Source: Octopus sinensis (lineage: Eukaryota). From it: a DNA stretch of 64,000 nucleotides. The notes below the pieces were generated by a model. The model was not told where the DNA came from. It saw only the letters and a program-made list of their open reading frames with translations, and ran no database searches. Location: assembly GCF_006345805.1 (NCBI RefSeq), contig NC_043005.1, positions 101,246,001 through 101,310,000 on the forward strand, in the 5' to 3' direction. Each line of letters begins with the position of its first letter. Position 1 is the first letter of the stretch. This document shows positions 61,780 to 64,000 of the stretch, one piece after another. Made by a program: the position numbers and the translations under genes.

Positions 61780-62330
61780 GGAACAGCCAATCGTCTGGAA
61801 GCCGTTCAGTGACGTGCAACCAAGAGAATACCCTCCATCAGGTATTTGCCATATTCTGAACGCCTTACTTCCCTGGGATTGGATACATTGAAACTCCGAC
61901 GTCTGGCAGCTGACTTGGCAGACACCCATAAAATTATTAACCATCTTCCAAGCAATAACTCTGAGCACCTTCTCAAACTCCCTCTGTCTAACACCCGTGG
62001 ACATGTTTACAAAGTCAGAAAACAGCACAGCTCCCATGACTTTCGGAAACATTTTTTCACGCTAAGAGTTGCTGAAGCATGGAACAAACTGCCGGCATCA
62101 GTTGTTAGTTGTTGGAGCACTGCATCCTTCAAAACTTCCATGCTTCCTGAGATTCACCAACACTACACTTGATTTTCTCCCCTCCATACACATGCAAACA
62201 TATATCTGACTCAAACACTGTGCACTTCCCAGACATTTGTACATTACTGCATACGCTTTATATGCACTTCTGACAAGTTGTGGTGCACCTGAGCACTGTA
62301 TACCAGAATTTCATTATTATTATTATTAAA
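61780..62330 (+). mobile_element. CR1-group LINE 3' fragment (family c)
   Basis: YSERLTSLGLDTLKLRRLAADL...TRGHVYK...FFTLRVAEAWNKLP and an (ATT)n tail. A short copy of the 3' end lies at ~63598-63640. Confidence 0.88.
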
Positions 62331-63074
62331 TGATTAAAGAATAACAAAGGCTGAAATTAGTGAGAATGAACAAGTGATTGAGTGGGCACGGTGGCTGCCG
62401 GGGCACAAGGTGGAGTGCAACAACAACAACAACAACAACAATAGTGAAGGCAAGGACACTCCCATGCTGATGGATGAAGTGGCAGTGGCTTATTGAGGAC
62501 TAACCGGTCTTGTAGGGTCAAGAGGTATGTACCCATATTGGTGATCGGCATGCAGAAGAAAGCAATGAGAACTACCGGTCCACACAATTACCCTATCAAA
62601 CCATTTGAAAACACAAAAATATAGCCACTGGATTTGGTTAAAAAGAGACGATGAGCAATGGCTAGAAGAATATTGAGCTTTATTTGATAACCAGTTGATC
62701 TAGCAAGCGGGGCCTCATATCAGTGATGCGCATTGATGCTGTCGAGAGGTAGGCCCTGAAATGGCACACATTCTCTCCCGATGACCCCATACACTTGCTG
62801 GCTTCCGGTATGCGGAGTTTTTGACTGGTAGCATTTGCATGTGCAAGTTGTTTGCAAGACATCACACAATAAAAAACAATGCAGCACTCATGACTTTCAG
62901 AGACATTTTTTTCTTATACTCAGTTTCTTCAAAACATGAAGTAAACAACCCATTTTGGTAAGGACAGTAAATCCTCCCAAAATTTCCATCCTTCCCCAAA
63001 TTTACCAACACTCCTCTTCATGTGCCAGTGCATCTCTTCCTCTTCATGCCTGTGTTTTCTTCTCTTTTCTTTTT

Positions 63075-63484
63075 TGTTTTTTACTTGTTTCAGTCATTTG
63101 ACTGTGGTCATGCTGGAGCATCGCCTTCAATCGAGCAAATTGACCCCAGGACTTATTCTTTGTAAGCCTAGTGCTTATTCTATCGGTCTCTCTTGCTGAA
63201 CCGCTAAGTTACGGGGACGTAAATACACCAGCATCAGTTGTCAAGTGATGTTGGGGGGGGGGATAAACACAGACACACAAACATATACATATACACACAG
63301 ACATCTATATATATATATACGAATGGCTTCTTTCGGTTTCTGTCTACCAAATCCACTCACAAGGCTTTGGTCGGCCCAAGGCTATAGTAGAAGACACTTG
63401 CCCAAGGTGCCACGCAGTGGGATTGAACCCAGAACCATGTGGTTGGTAAGCAAGCTACTTACCACACAGCCACTCCTGCGCCTA
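63075..63484 (-). mobile_element. SINE family B, full length
   Basis: Family B head and tail. Confidence 0.92.
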
Positions 63485-64000
63485 TATTGTTTATTAGTGT
63501 TTTGAATTAGTGTTTGAATTTCTATCGTTGCTGTCTTTCCTTGCTTGACTTATTGCCTCTCTCTGTCCCTACTTTCAACCTTTTTCCAACAACTCGTGTT
63601 GCACCTGAGCACTGTAAACAATAAGTTCAGAGTTATTATTTTAAGAACATTTTCAAATAGCAGCTGAGTAGCTGGCATAGTGTGTGTGTGTGTGTGTGTA
63701 CATCAATGAATATATGCATGTGTCGTGTGTATGTGTGTTCATGTGTGTGTATGTGTGTCAAAGTGTGTGTGTGTGTGTGTGTGAACATATGACAGGAAAA
63801 TTGGAATTTTACAATAAAGCAGTTAACAAATATGACAGTTATTTGTTGAGACATGTGGCCACTGGGCTGATAAGCAAATGGATTCAGTGAATCTTAATCT
63901 GACTGAACATAGATGGGGACACTCACGTTGGCATCTTTTTGTCTTTGGGAAGATTTCACTGCACACTTCTTTTAAAAGAATTTTTAACCGAAGGAATCAA

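Overview
AT-rich, repeat-saturated animal genomic DNA. From the SINE, PLE and microsatellite landscape I infer an octopus (Octopodidae); this is recognition, not a database hit. No host gene can be named, and only weak candidate micro-exons are visible. Most long ORFs in the track are read-throughs of (TA)n/(CA)n/(GAT)n. The recognisable content is transposon-derived. (1) A probably full-length, frameshifted CR1-group LINE (~12.18-17.39 kb). Its ORF1 carries a Myb/SANT-like (trihelix) domain plus a CCCH zinc finger, and a 1.1-kb modular tandem array lies directly upstream. (2) A 4.26-kb Helitron (27952-32209, minus) with intact TC/CTAG ends and an open 848-codon Pif1-helicase ORF that has lost the Rep catalytic motifs. 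(3) mariner DD34D and maT DD37D relics, piggyBac-type and pogo/Tc2-type MITEs, and non-autonomous Helitrons. (4) RTE and CR1 fragments and more than 20 tRNA-derived SINEs of three families. (5) Several Penelope-like fold-back units with type I hammerhead-ribozyme architecture. The most interesting observations are the Myb/CCCH LINE with its array, a 3' stem-loop shared with compensatory changes by two LINE families and the dominant SINE, the hammerheads, the Rep-less helicase-open Helitron, and a five-cycle array built from RTE 3' ends.
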